Assembly: GCA_002269645.1 (NCBI GenBank)
Contig: NIVC01000097.1
Span: 1-64,000, forward strand
DNA length: 64,000 nt
Direction: 5' to 3'
DNA from: Macrostomum lignano
Lineage: Eukaryota
The notes beneath the pieces were generated by a model that searched no databases, was not told the origin of the DNA, and worked only from the letters and a program-made list of their open reading frames with translations. Both the position numbers and the translations under genes were made by a program. Every line of letters starts with the position of its first letter. The first letter of the stretch is position 1. Positions 1-13,163 of this stretch are shown in pieces.

Positions 1-119
1 GGTGGCTCTGTTTTGGCGAATATTCGTTTGGTCCCCCCTTTGATTTTTTGGATCTCCGCCTAAGGGGGGGGGGGTGACCGCCCCCCCCCCCGCTCCCGCC
101 CCCCCTGGTTGCGCCACTG
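1..119. mobile_element. Right end of a hAT-like MITE (truncated by window start)
   Basis: G/C runs ending in ...CCCCCTGGTTGCGCCACTG (rc CAGTGGCGCAACCAGGGGG), typical of short hAT-type MITE termini; the partner end is outside the window. Confidence 0.4.
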
Positions 120-630
120 TTTTTTTTTGCAGTGCAATATGTTCATAGCTAATCTATAATACTTATGGTAATATCTCATTGTGCCCTGTTATCTAAGTCT
201 CTCATTTTATATGCAGTTAGTTTACTAATATCACTGTTACTGTTACCAAATTTTTCCTCTCTGTCTCCTCTCGCCTCCTGTCTGTCTATTTTTCTCTATT
301 TTTATCTTTTTACCATTGTTATGTTTAATTCTGTCAGCTGGGAAAATTATATAAATTTTATATTTTCGTAATTCATCTTCCGCGGTTAGTCGCGTGCTAT
401 TATATTTAAACACGATTAGCCTATCTTACCTACACTCCTTTACTCACTTTAATACTTATACAATAATGGAATTTACCGGTTTTTCTACAACTTTCTATGT
501 GATTTCCCCATAGAGAAGTTCATTGTTTAGCAATTCGACGATCATTATTCACATTTTAATGCAGAACAATCCATACTACAAACAATGCATTGTCTGTAGG
601 ATCGTCAAACAGAAAAACAATGCAAAGAAT

Positions 631-728
631 CAGCGGTCGCAGTGCGTGACAACGATTGTCTATGGCTCGCGCTACCGGCGGACAATCTTGCTCGCCAGAC
701 AATCGTTGTCACGCACTGGGACCGCTGA
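631..728. repeat. ~100 bp hairpin/palindrome (31-bp arms)
   Basis: CAGCGGTCGCAGTGCGTGACAACGATTGTCT (631-661) is the near-perfect reverse complement of AGACAATCGTTGTCACGCACTGGGACCGCTG (698-728). Confidence 0.85.
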
Positions 729-938
729 TTATTTATCTATCGTGTGCTTGTCTATCATTTTATATGTAATTTTGAGTTCGAGTGAAGTTGAAATAATGAT
801 GCCCTTAGCCATCTTTTTCTAGCAAAGAAATATTTCAAGCTATTCTACTTGTATTTGATAGTTTCTTTTATGGTTTAGGAAACTTCCAACCAACCTTTAG
901 TAACAGCAGATAGATTAAAATAGCACTTAAGGCCACGA

Positions 939-1479
939 GGCAATTTTCCTCTTTCGTTCGTTAAATCAATTTTTCGTTTGAACACGAACAGTACTAACTT
1001 AAAACGACAAAAAAGATAACAGCATGTCGTGGAAACCTTCGTAGCATTAGAAAAGCATGAAATTGAAATCGCGCCAAGCGAGCGAGCTCCCGCATTGTGA
1101 AATTAATGTTGCACAGCTCCAGTGCGGGACGCACTTGCCCAGGGGGTACTTTAAATGAAGGTGCTGCAGGGCGACCAGTCATGTCGTTGAATATAATTGT
1201 ATGTTTTTAAGCAGTAGCTGACTTAAGACTTATAAATTATTTTCTTCGTACCCCTTCTAGTTTTCTAGTGATATCACCGCATTTTAACCATAGACAGTTG
1301 CTAAAAGACAGTTGTTGCTTTACTTTCTTACACGCCTTGGCGCGATTTCAATCTCATGCTCTTCTAAATGCCACGAAGAATTCCACGACATGCTGTTATC
1401 GTTTTTTGTCGTTTTTTAAGTTAGTACTGTTCGTGTTCAAACGAAAAATTAATCCAACGAATGAAAGAGAAAAATTGCC
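939..1479. mobile_element. Foldback/MITE-like element with ~140-bp inverted arms
   Basis: 939-1078 is an imperfect reverse complement of 1336-1479 (e.g. TTTTTCGTTTGAACACGAACAGTACTAACTTAAAA vs TTTTAAGTTAGTACTGTTCGTGTTCAAACGAAAAA). Confidence 0.7.
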
Positions 1480-1786
1480 TGCCACGGCACGAATACTACA
1501 TGAAAATGAATACGGCATCAATACGACATTGCGACATACATGCGATGTAAAAACATCACGTTGTGCGGGACGACGTCGTTTCGACGTCGTTTCTCTCAGT
1601 GGGTGGGGTTGGTTTATCCTTCAAATAAACTTTCTGGCTGCACCATTATTAAAAAAAGTTGCTTTTTAACGGATGATAAAACTGTGCTATAAAGACTTTC
1701 AGGGTTCAGGCATCAACTGAAACTATATATAGCTATGAAAACAAATTGTGTGTGAGCTAAAGAAAAAAACAATAAAATTTAATCAC

Positions 1787-2352
1787 CTGTTCCACAATCC
1801 ACCGATTCCGATTGCGTGCACTGCGTTTCCCGTCAACTTCAAGGACTGCGACTTCCGACTTAATCGAAGCCAGTTCCGCGTCGCTCGATCCCGTTATTCT
1901 CTCAGCGCACTGCCTGTCCTTTACCAGAGCTAAGAGTCTTGGAGTCGGAGCAGCCCTGGCCTTGTTGAGCACGGACTCTCGAGCCAGCTTGACGCCCTTC
2001 GAGATTACGGCTCGTTCGGAACTCATCGTCAGCCTGTCGACCGCGGAGTTAAAGTCCGACAGAGACGTCACGTCGTCGAAGTTGGCGAGAACCTGCGCAG
2101 TCTGCGACATGCCGATCAGAGCCAGTCGAGTTTTTGTGGGACCGATTGGAAATTTAGAGACCAAGGCCTTCACCTCTGAGAGCAGCCTGTCGAACTGTGT
2201 TTGAGAGCATGAAGACGATGTGTCCACTGCGACCACCAAGTCCAGGTTGATGCAGGGGCTTGTCGAGCAGCTGAGCTCAATCTGATGCACCAGTATTAGA
2301 GAGCAATGACAGACAGAACCTTCCAGCATCTTGGATAAGTGTTGGAGAGCAT
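1787..2352 (-). pseudogene. VWA-family paralog C, exon 1 (signal peptide + VWA1), frameshifted
   Basis: Near-identical to 19109-19677 in reverse. ATG at 2352, donor AACAG|GTGATT at 1787/1786, -1 nt near 2300 and +1 nt near 1840. Upstream 2353-2555 matches gene A upstream 18915-19108. Further exons are not in the window. Confidence 0.8.
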
Positions 2353-2695
2353 TTCGATTTGTGAGCCGATTATTCAAGTGTAAGCTACGCTTTTCTTTCA
2401 CAGCTAAAACTCTATGAAGTATCGCTTAAGCTGGTCCCTTTGACTTTCGTACTTATATTGAAGCTTTGCTTCGTTTGTCTTTGGCAAAAGCTCCTTTCTG
2501 TGTTACTGAAATGCGTCTCACTGTAACTGTACACGGGGATTCTGAGCAAGTAAAATATTTACTGCCATAGACAACAAAAGTTGTGACTTTCCCTTTGCAA
2601 TTCTGAGTGTTTTAGTTTTAAATTGACAGTGCGAAGTTGGCTCTAGAGTAAACCAACTTTCATTTCATCGTGAGTGGCAAGAAAAAAATAAGTAA

Positions 2696-4179
2696 TTGAA
2701 TAAACTACATCGAGCCTGTCCTCTTTTACAGTCACTTTTTAAACTTTATTATGAAACATGTTGCTTAAAGCTAAAATTATCAACCCTGAAATACAGCTGT
2801 CTAGCCAAAGATATCAAATCTCTTGTACGAACTTTGGCTAAAAGCATCAGGGCAATCTTTCATGAGCCCCATAATTTCAGAAATCCATCCGTGATACTTC
2901 AAACCTCAGCAATTCCCTTATGAGTCACTGCATTTCAGCAATTTTTATTATGAACCATGAGGAGTACGAGATCTGCTAGCAAAATATCTGCTAGCCGAAC
3001 ATAATTTACTTTGCTCTCTTATCTTTGCTTTTTGATAGAGTACGCTCGTAGTAACAAAGAGTCCTAGCTTAGAGATTATACTGTTTATGCACGAGTCTGC
3101 CACAGACCCCGAGAAACTGAAATGTTGAGGCTCATGTAGGATTTTCTGGAAGGTCAAGGTGCATGAGGGATTGCTGAGATGTGGCTCAACGAGGGGAGGG
3201 GGTTGTAAAGACGCTAAGGGTAAATTGGAAGTTGTTTGTTGGACAAGCCAAAGGTAAGTCAAAGGAGGGACAGTTAAGGTTAAGCCATGGCTCTTATGGA
3301 GGCTTTGATGCCCAAACTCCACAAGGGTGCTGGTAAACAACCAGTGGTTTTTGCAAAATTAAAATTTTGGCGACAATGAAACAATAAGTAGATGGTATAT
3401 CACAGATAGGATTTTGCGTAGTGCCTGCATCTTTTGCTCACATCGGATAGCAAAGAATTGAACTCGAAGCACGTTGTTTCTGGGCCCAGGCTGCTGCGGT
3501 TTTACAGCACATCCGTAGCAATGGCCATGCCTTTGGGCACCGCAATTTTCTCTCACAGTATTCTGTTGTGGGGAGACGACTCTTGACCTTTGGGCCGAAA
3601 CACTGCTTCGCTATTGATATGGATCGCCTCTCAGGGCAGGAAAATTGATCTGCATGCCGGTCGCCGAGATAGTGATGTAATTTGAGCATCATACGTAAAT
3701 TACCTTTAATTGTCCTCAATTATTAATTGTTGTTTCTTCTATTTTTGGCTGTTTTTCAAAGTGCTTTTTGTTTGTAGAGTTTATTATTGGAAACAGGTCA
3801 AAACAGCTAGACGCATTTCCAAAACCAGTTTGGCTCAGGGGAGGGTCGACAACTTTGCAATGTACCCCGGCTTTGCGCGACCAGCCAATCAGGATTGGCC
3901 TGGACCCCTGACACGCGGCAAACCAGCTCTACCCAGCCTGAGAGCGCGCCGCAGGTTCAGTGCAATCCGGATTATCGAGCGGCCAGCCAGACAATCCAAA
4001 TTTTGTTAATATAAATAATTTTGTTAATAATTTTTAATAATAATTATTAATTAATAATAACAATAATGATAATAAATTATTTAAAATAATAAAAAAATTG
4101 TTAATAGGTAATATTATTTTGTTAATAAAGTTAACAAAAGTGACGGTACAAGAGGAAAGGCTCGATGTAGTTTATTCAA
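2696..4179. mobile_element. Non-autonomous element bounded by 22-bp terminal inverted repeats
   Basis: TTGAATAAACTACATCGAGCCT (2696-2717) and its exact reverse complement (4158-4179); internal inverted similarity ~2840-2900 vs ~3110-3145; no coding capacity seen. Confidence 0.55.
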
Positions 4180-4432
4180 TTTTTTATTTCTTTTTTGCTG
4201 CCAACTCACTGTAGCATGCGCAGGCAGCCAGTTCGGGCACATAGTTTGCACTCCGCTTCCCCTTGCTCGAGCACATCCCAACTCAATGAACCGGAGATCT
4301 GAGTTCTGCCAGACAGTAAATATACAGACACAGCCACCTTCTATTTCTCCACCTTTTTGAGGGGCTAAATAAAATAACACTCGCAATAACCAGCTAGATT
4401 TGCTCGCTAAATTTGTGGCAAGAAAGAACCCA

Positions 4433-6356
4433 ATGGCGCTACTACAGCTACCGCCGCCATCCGCATTCAGCATCAGTGCGGACCCCCACACCGTCAGCAA
4501 GCGCTGGACAGAGTGGGCCACCACACTAAAGCGATTCCTGGCAGCATCAGGAATCTCGGACGACGCCCAGAAGCAGGAAATCCTTCTGTACATCGCGGGA
4601 AAAGAGTTTGCAGACATCTTTAAAGAGATCTCAGAGATGCGTCCCGCCACTGACCAGGGAAGCCATCGACAGCTGGTACAACCGACTGTGCAACGCGGCT
4701 GAGGCCTGCCAGTTCGGAGAGCTGCGCCAGTCCTTCATCTGCTACCAGATCGTCGCCTGCTGCCGCAGCGACTCCCTCCGAAAGCGGCTGCTCAACTTGC
4801 CCAACATCAGCCTCCCGGAGGCCCTCCAGCTGGCGAGAACAAACGAAGCAGCCAGCCAGCAGGCGGCCATCATGGGGCGCTCGGCATCCGGACCAGCTGA
4901 AGAAGTGCATGCGGCTCGCGACAAGCGCCCCGCCAGGCGCCCGCCAGGCAGCCCGGCCGACAAATGCCTGCGGTGCGGAGAGCCCGGCCACCGCACTTGC
5001 AACCGGGCCCAAGGCAAGCGCTGCAGCAACTGCGGCAAGCTGCACCACCTGGCGAAGGCCTGCCTAAGCGGCCGCGCACGCATCAACATGGCAGAGCCTG
5101 AGCCAGAGGAACCAGCAGTGGCGCACCTGGAGGAGGCGGCATTCTCCAGCCTCGACCCCAGCCGCAAAAGCGCCACCTTCAAAGCGGTCATCAACGGCTC
5201 AAACGTACCCATTCTGATCGACAGCGGCGCGAGCTGCAATGTGCTTAGCCAGCGGACCCTTCATCTAAGTGGAGCACCCGAGCGGGCGTTTCAGCTCAAA
5301 CACACAAGGATCTATACTCTCGGAGCAGCGAGGCCCTTGACACCGTTGGCCAGATCACTCTGCACACGAAGATCAACGGCAACTCGGAGAGAGTGCGCTT
5401 AATCGTCATCAGAGAGGACTGCATCACCATCCTAGGCCTCAAAACAATCACGCAGATGGGGATGCTGAGGGTCGGACCGCAGGCCGAGCCAGCTCTCACC
5501 GCAGGACTGTCAACGACCTGCACCTTCCGCAAGACTTGCGACTGTCATCGATCATGAAGGAGTTTTGCGACAGGTTTCAAGGAATCGGCTGCATCAAGGG
5601 CGTCAGCATCCAGGTGAAGGAAGAAGCGGTGCCAATCTGCCACCCTCCGTCTCGAGTTCCGGTGCATCTTCGAACCGCCGTGGAAAAGGAGGTGAAGGAC
5701 CAGCTAGCAGCCGGCATCCTGGAGCGAGTGACGGCCGGCCCAGCGCTTGGAGTTCACCATTGTGGTCGTTCCAAAGGCCTCGCCAGGTGAGATTCGCATC
5801 AAGTAGGACCCGAGGGACGTAAATAAGTACGTTATTCCAGAAAAACAGTCAATACCGACATTCGAAGAAGTCACCGACGAGCTCCACCTATTTCTCCGAA
5901 CTGGTCGTTGCCAAGGTCTTCCATCAGATCGAGGTCACCGAGGAGTCACGGCAGCTGCTCACTTTCTCAACGCCTCTGGGCCTGCTTTGCCTCCAGCGCC
6001 TTTGCATGGGACTTACTTCAGCATCCGAAATCAGCAGGCAATGCGCCTCTCGGCGGCCGGAATCCAACCGATAGAGAAAAAGCTGGAGGCTTTGGCTAAC
6101 TTCAAGCAACCAGAAAATTCAACGAAGGTGTGGTCCTTCCTCGGACTTGTCACATTCGTAGCCCGCTTCATCCCAAACCTCGCCGACAAAGCGAGGCCAC
6201 TTCGAGAGCTGACCAAGAAGAACTGAAATGGTCGTGGGGCCCACAACAAGCCTCAGCCTTCCAGTCCATCAAGCAGTCGATCGCACACAGCACCACACGC
6301 TTGCCTTCTTCAACAAGAACTGCGAGACCGGGTTGATCGTCGACGCCAGCCCGACT
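4433..6356 (+). mobile_element. Degenerate Ty3/Gypsy LTR retrotransposon gag-pro-RT fragment, 3'-truncated
   Basis: Gag-like N-terminus (RWTEWATTLKRFLAASGISDDAQKQEILLYIAG), two Zn knuckles (CLRCGEPGHRTC, CSNCGKLHHLAKAC), aspartic protease LIDSGASCN, RT remnants (PICHPPSRVP, FLGLVTFVARFIPNLA) and RNase H start (IVDASP). Many frameshifts; no integrase or second LTR. Confidence 0.9.
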
Positions 6357-7959
6357 GAGATATTGAAAACTTTTAAAGGAGGGCATTACTGTTGCATGTG
6401 ACTAAAATCGTGGTAGGTTTAGGATGGTGAAACTGGTGATTGGTATCTAGCTTTTTTGATTACTTAGCCAGTTAAACCACGATATACGAGCTAGCTTTTG
6501 TAACGCTGGAGCCAAATAAAATGGAGCGATTAGTTTCTCTCAAATCTGTCTCTGCCAGTGCCAGTTTAGTCCATAGTAAGTAACCAAAGTAAAATACCCA
6601 TTAGTGGTCCCGTTTCTAATGTTTATAAATAATAAGCTTCAATTTAATTTTGGCACAGTATGCAATTTTGAAAATTCACCCTAATAACGGTTTCCACCAG
6701 CAGGAAAGTAACTGTTTTGTCGTTGGAAATCGGATCAAGCAATCAAAACAGTGTATTTCTTTAAAAAAGGGTACTTTTTTCCCTTTTTTCAAATATTTAA
6801 TCAGGTTTCGCTCTTTCGAGAAAAAAATCATCGCAGTACCTTAAAGTACAGTTAGTTTGGAATTAAATGACGGCGTTGAATTGTTTCTTCCATATTCTAA
6901 AAATTATAATGAGCACTTTTCCACAAAGCAGTTTGAGATCATGATTTTTAGTCTTTCGTCTATAACTTCCGTATTTCAAGTGTTTAAGAATTGATAACTT
7001 CCACACTTGTGTATCTTTGAATTGCGCATCGATTGGTGCATAGTATGTATGCTTAACTATTAGCAGTATAGAAAAAATGCAAAAAAACTGTAAAAGTACA
7101 TTCCCAAAGCATGACAACAATCAAAGCATAAAATGAAGATTTCAAGAAATTGGGTTACTTTTCCACAGACGAACTTGACTCACTTTCTTACTTAAATTTA
7201 TCATAGACAGCTTCTTTTCTTACCATGGACAAAGCAAACACTTTTTCTGATCAGGCTGTATTTGCACTGACGAATTTCACCTACTTAGACAAATTCGAAG
7301 TCACTTTCTCTAAAAATTTCCCATAGACACTCATTCTCTTCCCCTTGAGCGCTGTATAGTTTTGCATACGCTGACGAATTTGAACTCACTTTTGACGAAT
7401 CCGAAGTGGAAAAAGTATAGTTACTACAAGAACTGACAGTTATAACTTAAATGTGTTTCTTGTTTTTGTTAACAGAATTTAGTGCTGCCTCTGTATTTCC
7501 ATGTATGTAAATATTTTCTGTTTTCTTTGTCGTTTCATAATCATACTAGTCCACCATATTACTTTTAGATGGCGTTACTTTCAGAGAAAGTCGAAAACAA
7601 AAAAACGAGGCGAAAACGACTTTGTCAATGACTTTGACAACGGGGTGAAGGGATGCTAAAAGTGAAGATCGAGCGAGACAAAAATAACTGGCTCAGTTTA
7701 GCACTCCATTCTATTCTTACCTCCATGGCTTTGACCCAGAACTTGAATTTAGACGATAGAAGAAAAAGCGCTCTCAATAAGGAACTATTTAAATTGAATA
7801 GAAAGCCGAAAATCGACATGTGGTTTTTTCGACGCGTTTCGCACACCAAGGTATATTGTTTGAAACGAAAGGTTTGAGCAAGCGAATTTATAAATTATTT
7901 GTCAATTAACGTATGTAGCTGGTGAGTAAGTATTTTGTATGTACAAAGTAGTTGGAGGT

Positions 7960-9041
7960 TGATAGTCCGTAGGGCGGGGCGAAGACCAATAGGCAGAAAA
8001 CAAAATATAATTGAATGAGCACTGCATGGATACAACAAGGTCAGTGCTCTCTCACTCAGAATATACGGAGGACATGGCCTGCACCACTGTGTTGGAGTTG
8101 AGTATTAAGGGTGGGCGACTGGTTTTTTATATACAAGGCTTCTAAGATTTTGAGCTTGTGATCAGAGGCATGGAATATTTATGTCTAAATTGAAGTTCAA
8201 TTTGTCCAATTCAAAAGTCCAACTGAAATTAAAATAGATAGTCGAAAATTGTTCCCTTTTGTCTATGGTTTCCGGCATTCATACTTGCGGTAACAATTTA
8301 ATTGTTTGTCGGCTTTTTTCGATTGTTGCCGGATTTCAGACGAATGTATTTGGCTATCAAAACAAGGAACAACAATAGCAACACGGCGAAAGTGTTTCAT
8401 AGTCACAAAAAGTTCTTAAGAACAAACCGATCGAATCAATTGTTTTACTTTCCATAAAAGTTGAATGTGCAGTTGTGGAACTGACCACCACAGGGAACTG
8501 TCGGAACCTTGCCACGTGAAGCTTCCCGTCTCGGTCGATTTCGGCACTGAGTCACTCTCAAGTCGGTCCAACATTTCCAGATCTTCGCTACCTAGCTCAG
8601 GCAGCCCGTTGGAACTGGACGACGCATCCAGGTTGTCCATCTCCAGAACGTAGCGCGTGCTCGACTCTCGGTGACAAAAGCCAACTCGTCCGTGGAGAGT
8701 CCACATATTTCTCCGCCAGGAATGTTTGCGTAGCGAATCATAGCTACTTTTCCTATTGATAGTCCGTAGGGCGGGGCGAAGACCAATAGGCAGAAAACAA
8801 AATATAATTGAATGAACTGCATGGCACAAGGTCTAGTGCTCTCTCACTCAGAATATACGAACATGGCCTGCACCACTGTGTTCAGTTGAGTATTAATTTG
8901 GGCGACTGGATTTTTTTACCCTTATACAAGGCTTCTAAGATTTTGAGCTTGTGCCATAGATGGGCATGGAATATCTGATGTCTAAATTGCAGTTCAATTT
9001 GTCCAATTCAAAAGTCCAACTGAAATTAAAATAGATAGTCG
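7960..9041. repeat. Two ~285-bp direct repeats (7960-8243, 8757-9041) flanking a ~510-bp spacer
   Basis: Both start TGATAGTCCGTAGGGCGGGGCGAAGACCAATAGG and end GAAATTAAAATAGATAGTCG. Confidence 0.85.
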
Positions 9042-9258
9042 TTAATTAATGTCGAGTTGTCTAAATTGTATTGCAGATTTGTTGAAATTAACGGGAAAGG
9101 TGTAGTTAATTTGGGCCTTGGGGTCTTGACGTAGAGCCGACTCATGCAGGCTATCAGGCTTGGCTTTAGACAAGCTGTGAGACGAGATTGTGCTGACTCA
9201 GGCTCGTCCTAGTTCTGTAGTTGCAGTTTCAGATGGCTATTTTTTATTTAACTGATGA

Positions 9259-9371
9259 AGGCCTGTTCACAACGCCATTAAATGAGGTCAAAGTTCGTGC
9301 GATCCACAACTTGTGTACATCAAATTCAATCTTTTTGGTCGTGTGATTTGGTTGGCATTGTGAATGAGCCT
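9259..9371. mobile_element. PIF/Harbinger-like MITE (~113 bp)
   Basis: TIRs AGGCCTGTTCACAA / TTGTGAATGAGCCT with TGA/TTA flanks; the same ends recur at 11702 and 17436. Confidence 0.6.
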
Positions 9372-10154
9372 TTAGGCTACAATTAATGTCACAGTGCCTG
9401 CTAAAGATTGTAGCCTGAATTCAGGTGCCTCGCCTGACGCCCGATGATGATGACTGACGTTTTGAAGAGTTTGGTAGTGAAGATCGCCTCCAAGTTATTG
9501 CAACCATTTTGGTAAATTTACGATGGCGGCTATGGTAGTATAGAAGGTTAAGCAGCTGTGCCTGTCGCTGTCGGGACTCGACGATTTAATATGATGAGGA
9601 CGCACCTTTTTCAATCTTGGAACCGCACATTTTGCTTCGATACGTTACTGTCAGTAAGCTAGCTTAGGGATTTCTCTCCATTCTCTCATCTGGTCTAAGT
9701 TCTATACTAATTTATGCCTTTACTATTAATTTTCCTAGGAACTTAATGTACTTCGCTTAGGATCCTAATTTTGGATTGTGTACGCACCTTTGAAGGTCAG
9801 ACTGTCTGGGTTCGAGACGGATTGACCTCCAACAGTCTAGACAGGCGACACTAAGTCTGGGAGAAGTGTTTTCTAACCCCCCTGATTTGTGGATTTCTCA
9901 CTGTTTCCCGTGATTTATGGCCGTCTAGCTGTCACTTTTGGCGCCAGCCTGTCTGGGTCAAAGAGGTCCTTCCAGCTTTCTCCCCACTCACTCTGTTACT
10001 TTCTCCTTTGATTTATGGGCGTTTTGCTGTCACTTTTGGCGCCAAAATGTCTAGACAAGGGGCTTTTATTGCGTTTTGTTCATGATTTATGACCGCACCT
10101 GTCAACTCCCCCGGGGTCCGAAGGCCACCTGGTGGGGTGGGTTTTGGGGTCTTG

Positions 10155-10350
10155 AGCCCAGCCAATCAGAGTCGACCTGACTGCCTCCGGCTCAGCCAAT
10201 CAGAAAATTCGGCGCCTATTTTAACAAAAGCTCTCAGCCAATCGGAAAATTCGGCGTGCGTTATAACTAATCGGCCGCGTGAGAGCTATAAAAGGCGGCA
10301 ACTCGACCCGCGCTCGAGGAGAATCCTCCTTCCTCCCTCCCCCGGTGTTT
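10155..10350 (+). promoter_or_regulatory. Pol II promoter-like module (3x CCAAT + TATA), possibly LTR U3
   Basis: CCAAT at 10162, 10196 and 10238; TATAAAAG at 10287; GAGAATCCTC plus pyrimidine tract ~30 nt downstream; no ORF follows. Confidence 0.5.
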
Positions 10351-12159
10351 TACGCTTTTAGCGCCTTTGGAGGTTTGGAGAGTTTGCCCTGCTCCGGGAC
10401 GTCCTCTTCTGGTCCTGCCTGATCCCCCTTTCCCCGGCAGTTTCGGCTTTAACAGCTAAGGTCCCCCTGAGAAGCATCATCAATATCTCCCGGCAGTGAT
10501 CTAAGAGCAGCAACGACTTTCGGCAAGCAAAGAGCAGCGGCGGCAATCGTCAGTCAAGATCGGCAACAGCATCCCATATGGGCACTTCGGTCTCTGTGGA
10601 TTCCTTGGCCACCGGCAGATAGGTCCTCTGATTGGTTTGGTGAGAGGCTTTCTTGACCTGCTTAACTGGGTGCACCCTTTGACTGACCCCTTCCTAGGTA
10701 GTCTGATAGGATTTGCACTTTTGCTTACTTGTTTTTGTGTGCCAATCGCGAGGCAGAAGTGTCAGTTAATATTAAAAGTAGCCATTCGCTCTAACTCAAT
10801 CTAAAGTGTTTAGGATTGCGGATTAAGTGAGAGAGTTAAATCTGGAAGTTAAAGACTTAGCGTTTTCTTTCTTTTTCGCAATGCCAGCTGAGATGAGTGG
10901 CTAGATCTAGAGGCAGAGGTCACGGTGGACCGGAAGCGGCACAGTTCCCAGTCAATGAGTCGATCTAAGAAATCATTATGTTAAGCATGCGAATTAAGTG
11001 CCAGACTGGCGCTTTCGCGCGGTCACAGGCAGTTAAGCGGCTAAAGTAAGTTAAATATTAGTCTAAATATCTCCGAAAGTGACAATGCATCTACATCATC
11101 GCTATCTGTCGACGTGTTAACACATTTAGTGCCAAAAGCGTGCAGTTACGTGTACTTATACATGTACTTCTGGGAATTTGGTAATGAAATAGTACATGTA
11201 GTAGTGTATAGAGGCTCGCCAGCGCAAGAACCCCCTGCAGAAGTCCTCTCTGTCCCTGCATGGCCAATGCGATCTTAGTCCCAGCAGCGTCCCTTCTATT
11301 CGGCTATGACTTCGAGATTTAGACAGCTAAAAGACACTAGATGGCAGGTAAGTGCAGTGCCCCTCTAGTCGGAAGTCCGATTTCGATAGCTCCGGTTTGT
11401 TGAGCCGGGGCGCACGGACTGGTGGCAGCGAGTTAGTTGACCCGCGGGTTAGCTAATTTCTACCTTTCAAATTCTCCCTGCTTGTCTCTCGCTGTCTTCT
11501 CCTAGCTATAGGACCTTGCTGCTCGCCCACAATCTAGCTACCATGGGGCTGACCATCTGACAGGAGTGAGAGGCCAGAGCTCCCAGTGATTCATTTCTGA
11601 GTTCTGAGGCCCGAAGCTATAGGCTTAAAAAGGCCGAACCCATCAAATACTAGAGAAATAAGGTGCCAATCTTATTGTTAACTTGAATTACACTGCAGTA
11701 AAGGCCCATTCACACCACCATCAAATGAGGCCAATTTTCGAGTGATCACAAAAAATTTCAGTTGATAATTAACGAATCTTTGACAATCACATCAGTTTTT
11801 CACGCTATCAACTGACTTTTACGAGTGATCGCAAGCGTTCACACTTCAATCAACTGACATATACTGAGGAGAATGAGTGGGCTGGGGTTTAGAGGAGGGT
11901 AACGCAAGATTTCCAATTTGTTGCGCGAGCAATACTGAGCGCACATATCTCCAGCTGAGCCCAAAATCGTACATATTTTCAACACGTTTAAAAAAACTAT
12001 TTTGTGCTTTGAATTCAATACCAGTGTACAGTCTGTATCAGAGTACTGTAGAGTGTTCTGCCTCCCGTTAAAAGTAAAAAGTAGAAACCATAGAAACTAC
12101 TGTAAGTAGATTAGTGCATGCATGCGTGCTTAAATCTGAAAATGATGTAAGTTGCTATT

Positions 12160-12310
12160 TATAGTGTATGAATCATGTTCCTATTTATAGTGGGTGAATC
12201 ATGTGGCTATTCATGGCGACAGAATGATTCATGCTGCTATTTATAGCAGCGGAATGATTCATGTTACTATTTATAGTAACAGAATGAGTCATGTTACTAT
12301 TTATAAACGC
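12160..12310. repeat. Degenerate ~29-bp minisatellite
   Basis: About 5 units of TATTTATAG...GAATGATTCATGTT-like sequence. Confidence 0.7.
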
Positions 12311-13163
12311 AATATATCATATTTCACCTTGTAGCGCAACAAGTGAGTCATGGTGAAGAAGTCTATAAATACAAGAGGCCCAACGCGGCACCGGAGCCAA
12401 CTCCAGACGATAGGAGAAGCTCCGAAGAGGGTGTCTTTAGGAAGACTCCCTGATTCACCAGTCGAACGAAAGACTTGGTCAAGTGTTGCGGTAAGCCTTT
12501 CTTATTTGCACCAGTTGTTGTTGAGACGTCTCGCTCAAGTCTATTGTGTCTTGAGTCTATTTGAGTCTGTGGAGACTCTTGAGTCTGTTTAGACTCCCTT
12601 GGCAGTAGTCGCCCGAAGGACAACCCTAGTAGATCTTAGAGGAGCTACTAGAGATATCCGGAGCATTACCTAGAGTGCATCGAGGCACTGCTAGAAGAAG
12701 AAGGCTTAACTGATACCGCTATTAGGCGCAGGGTACCCATTGTTGATACGAAGCCTCTGATTGGTCCTGACTGCAGATACCGACCGGAAGTAACGACAAG
12801 CGGAAATACAAAGGAACCAGGACCAGAAGCAGCAGAGGAACTAAGGCGCACTCCGTAGAAAAAGCAAGTCAAGGTAAGAAGTACCTTTGTCTGATAACTG
12901 GGTTGCCTAGCTACAGAGCTAGAAGTGATTGTTCCTTGATTATCAAAGGACTGGTAATAAGGATCACATCAGTACAAAGGCCAGTGCTCTTATTGATATA
13001 ACTGGCGCGAGCTAACGAAAAACCTAGCGTACTTTTTCCTGGTATTTCGATTGGCAGGGTGCCGAAGGTCGTATTTAGAGCAGGATTTCCTTGCACTTTG
13101 TTTACCTGGGGTACCAGCGGCAACCAACAGGCGCTGTTTTTCACGATTGCTCCTTTCGCCTGT

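Noticed and set aside
4210-4400. 5' LTR/PBS of the Gypsy element
   Set aside because: A TG start and AATAAA are present, but there is no second LTR or convincing PBS to define boundaries.
7565-7920. Possible decayed exon (MLKVKIERDKNNWLSLALH...)
   Set aside because: It is short, interrupted by stops upstream and has no recognisable motif.
9252-9300. Hammerhead ribozyme core (CTGATGA)
   Set aside because: No matching GAAA or stem II; the sequence is explained by the adjacent MITE terminus.
12655-12875. Stop-free segment YPEHYLECIEALLEEEG... after a TATA at 12363
   Set aside because: It has no start codon, a stop immediately upstream and no recognisable homology; too weak to call.
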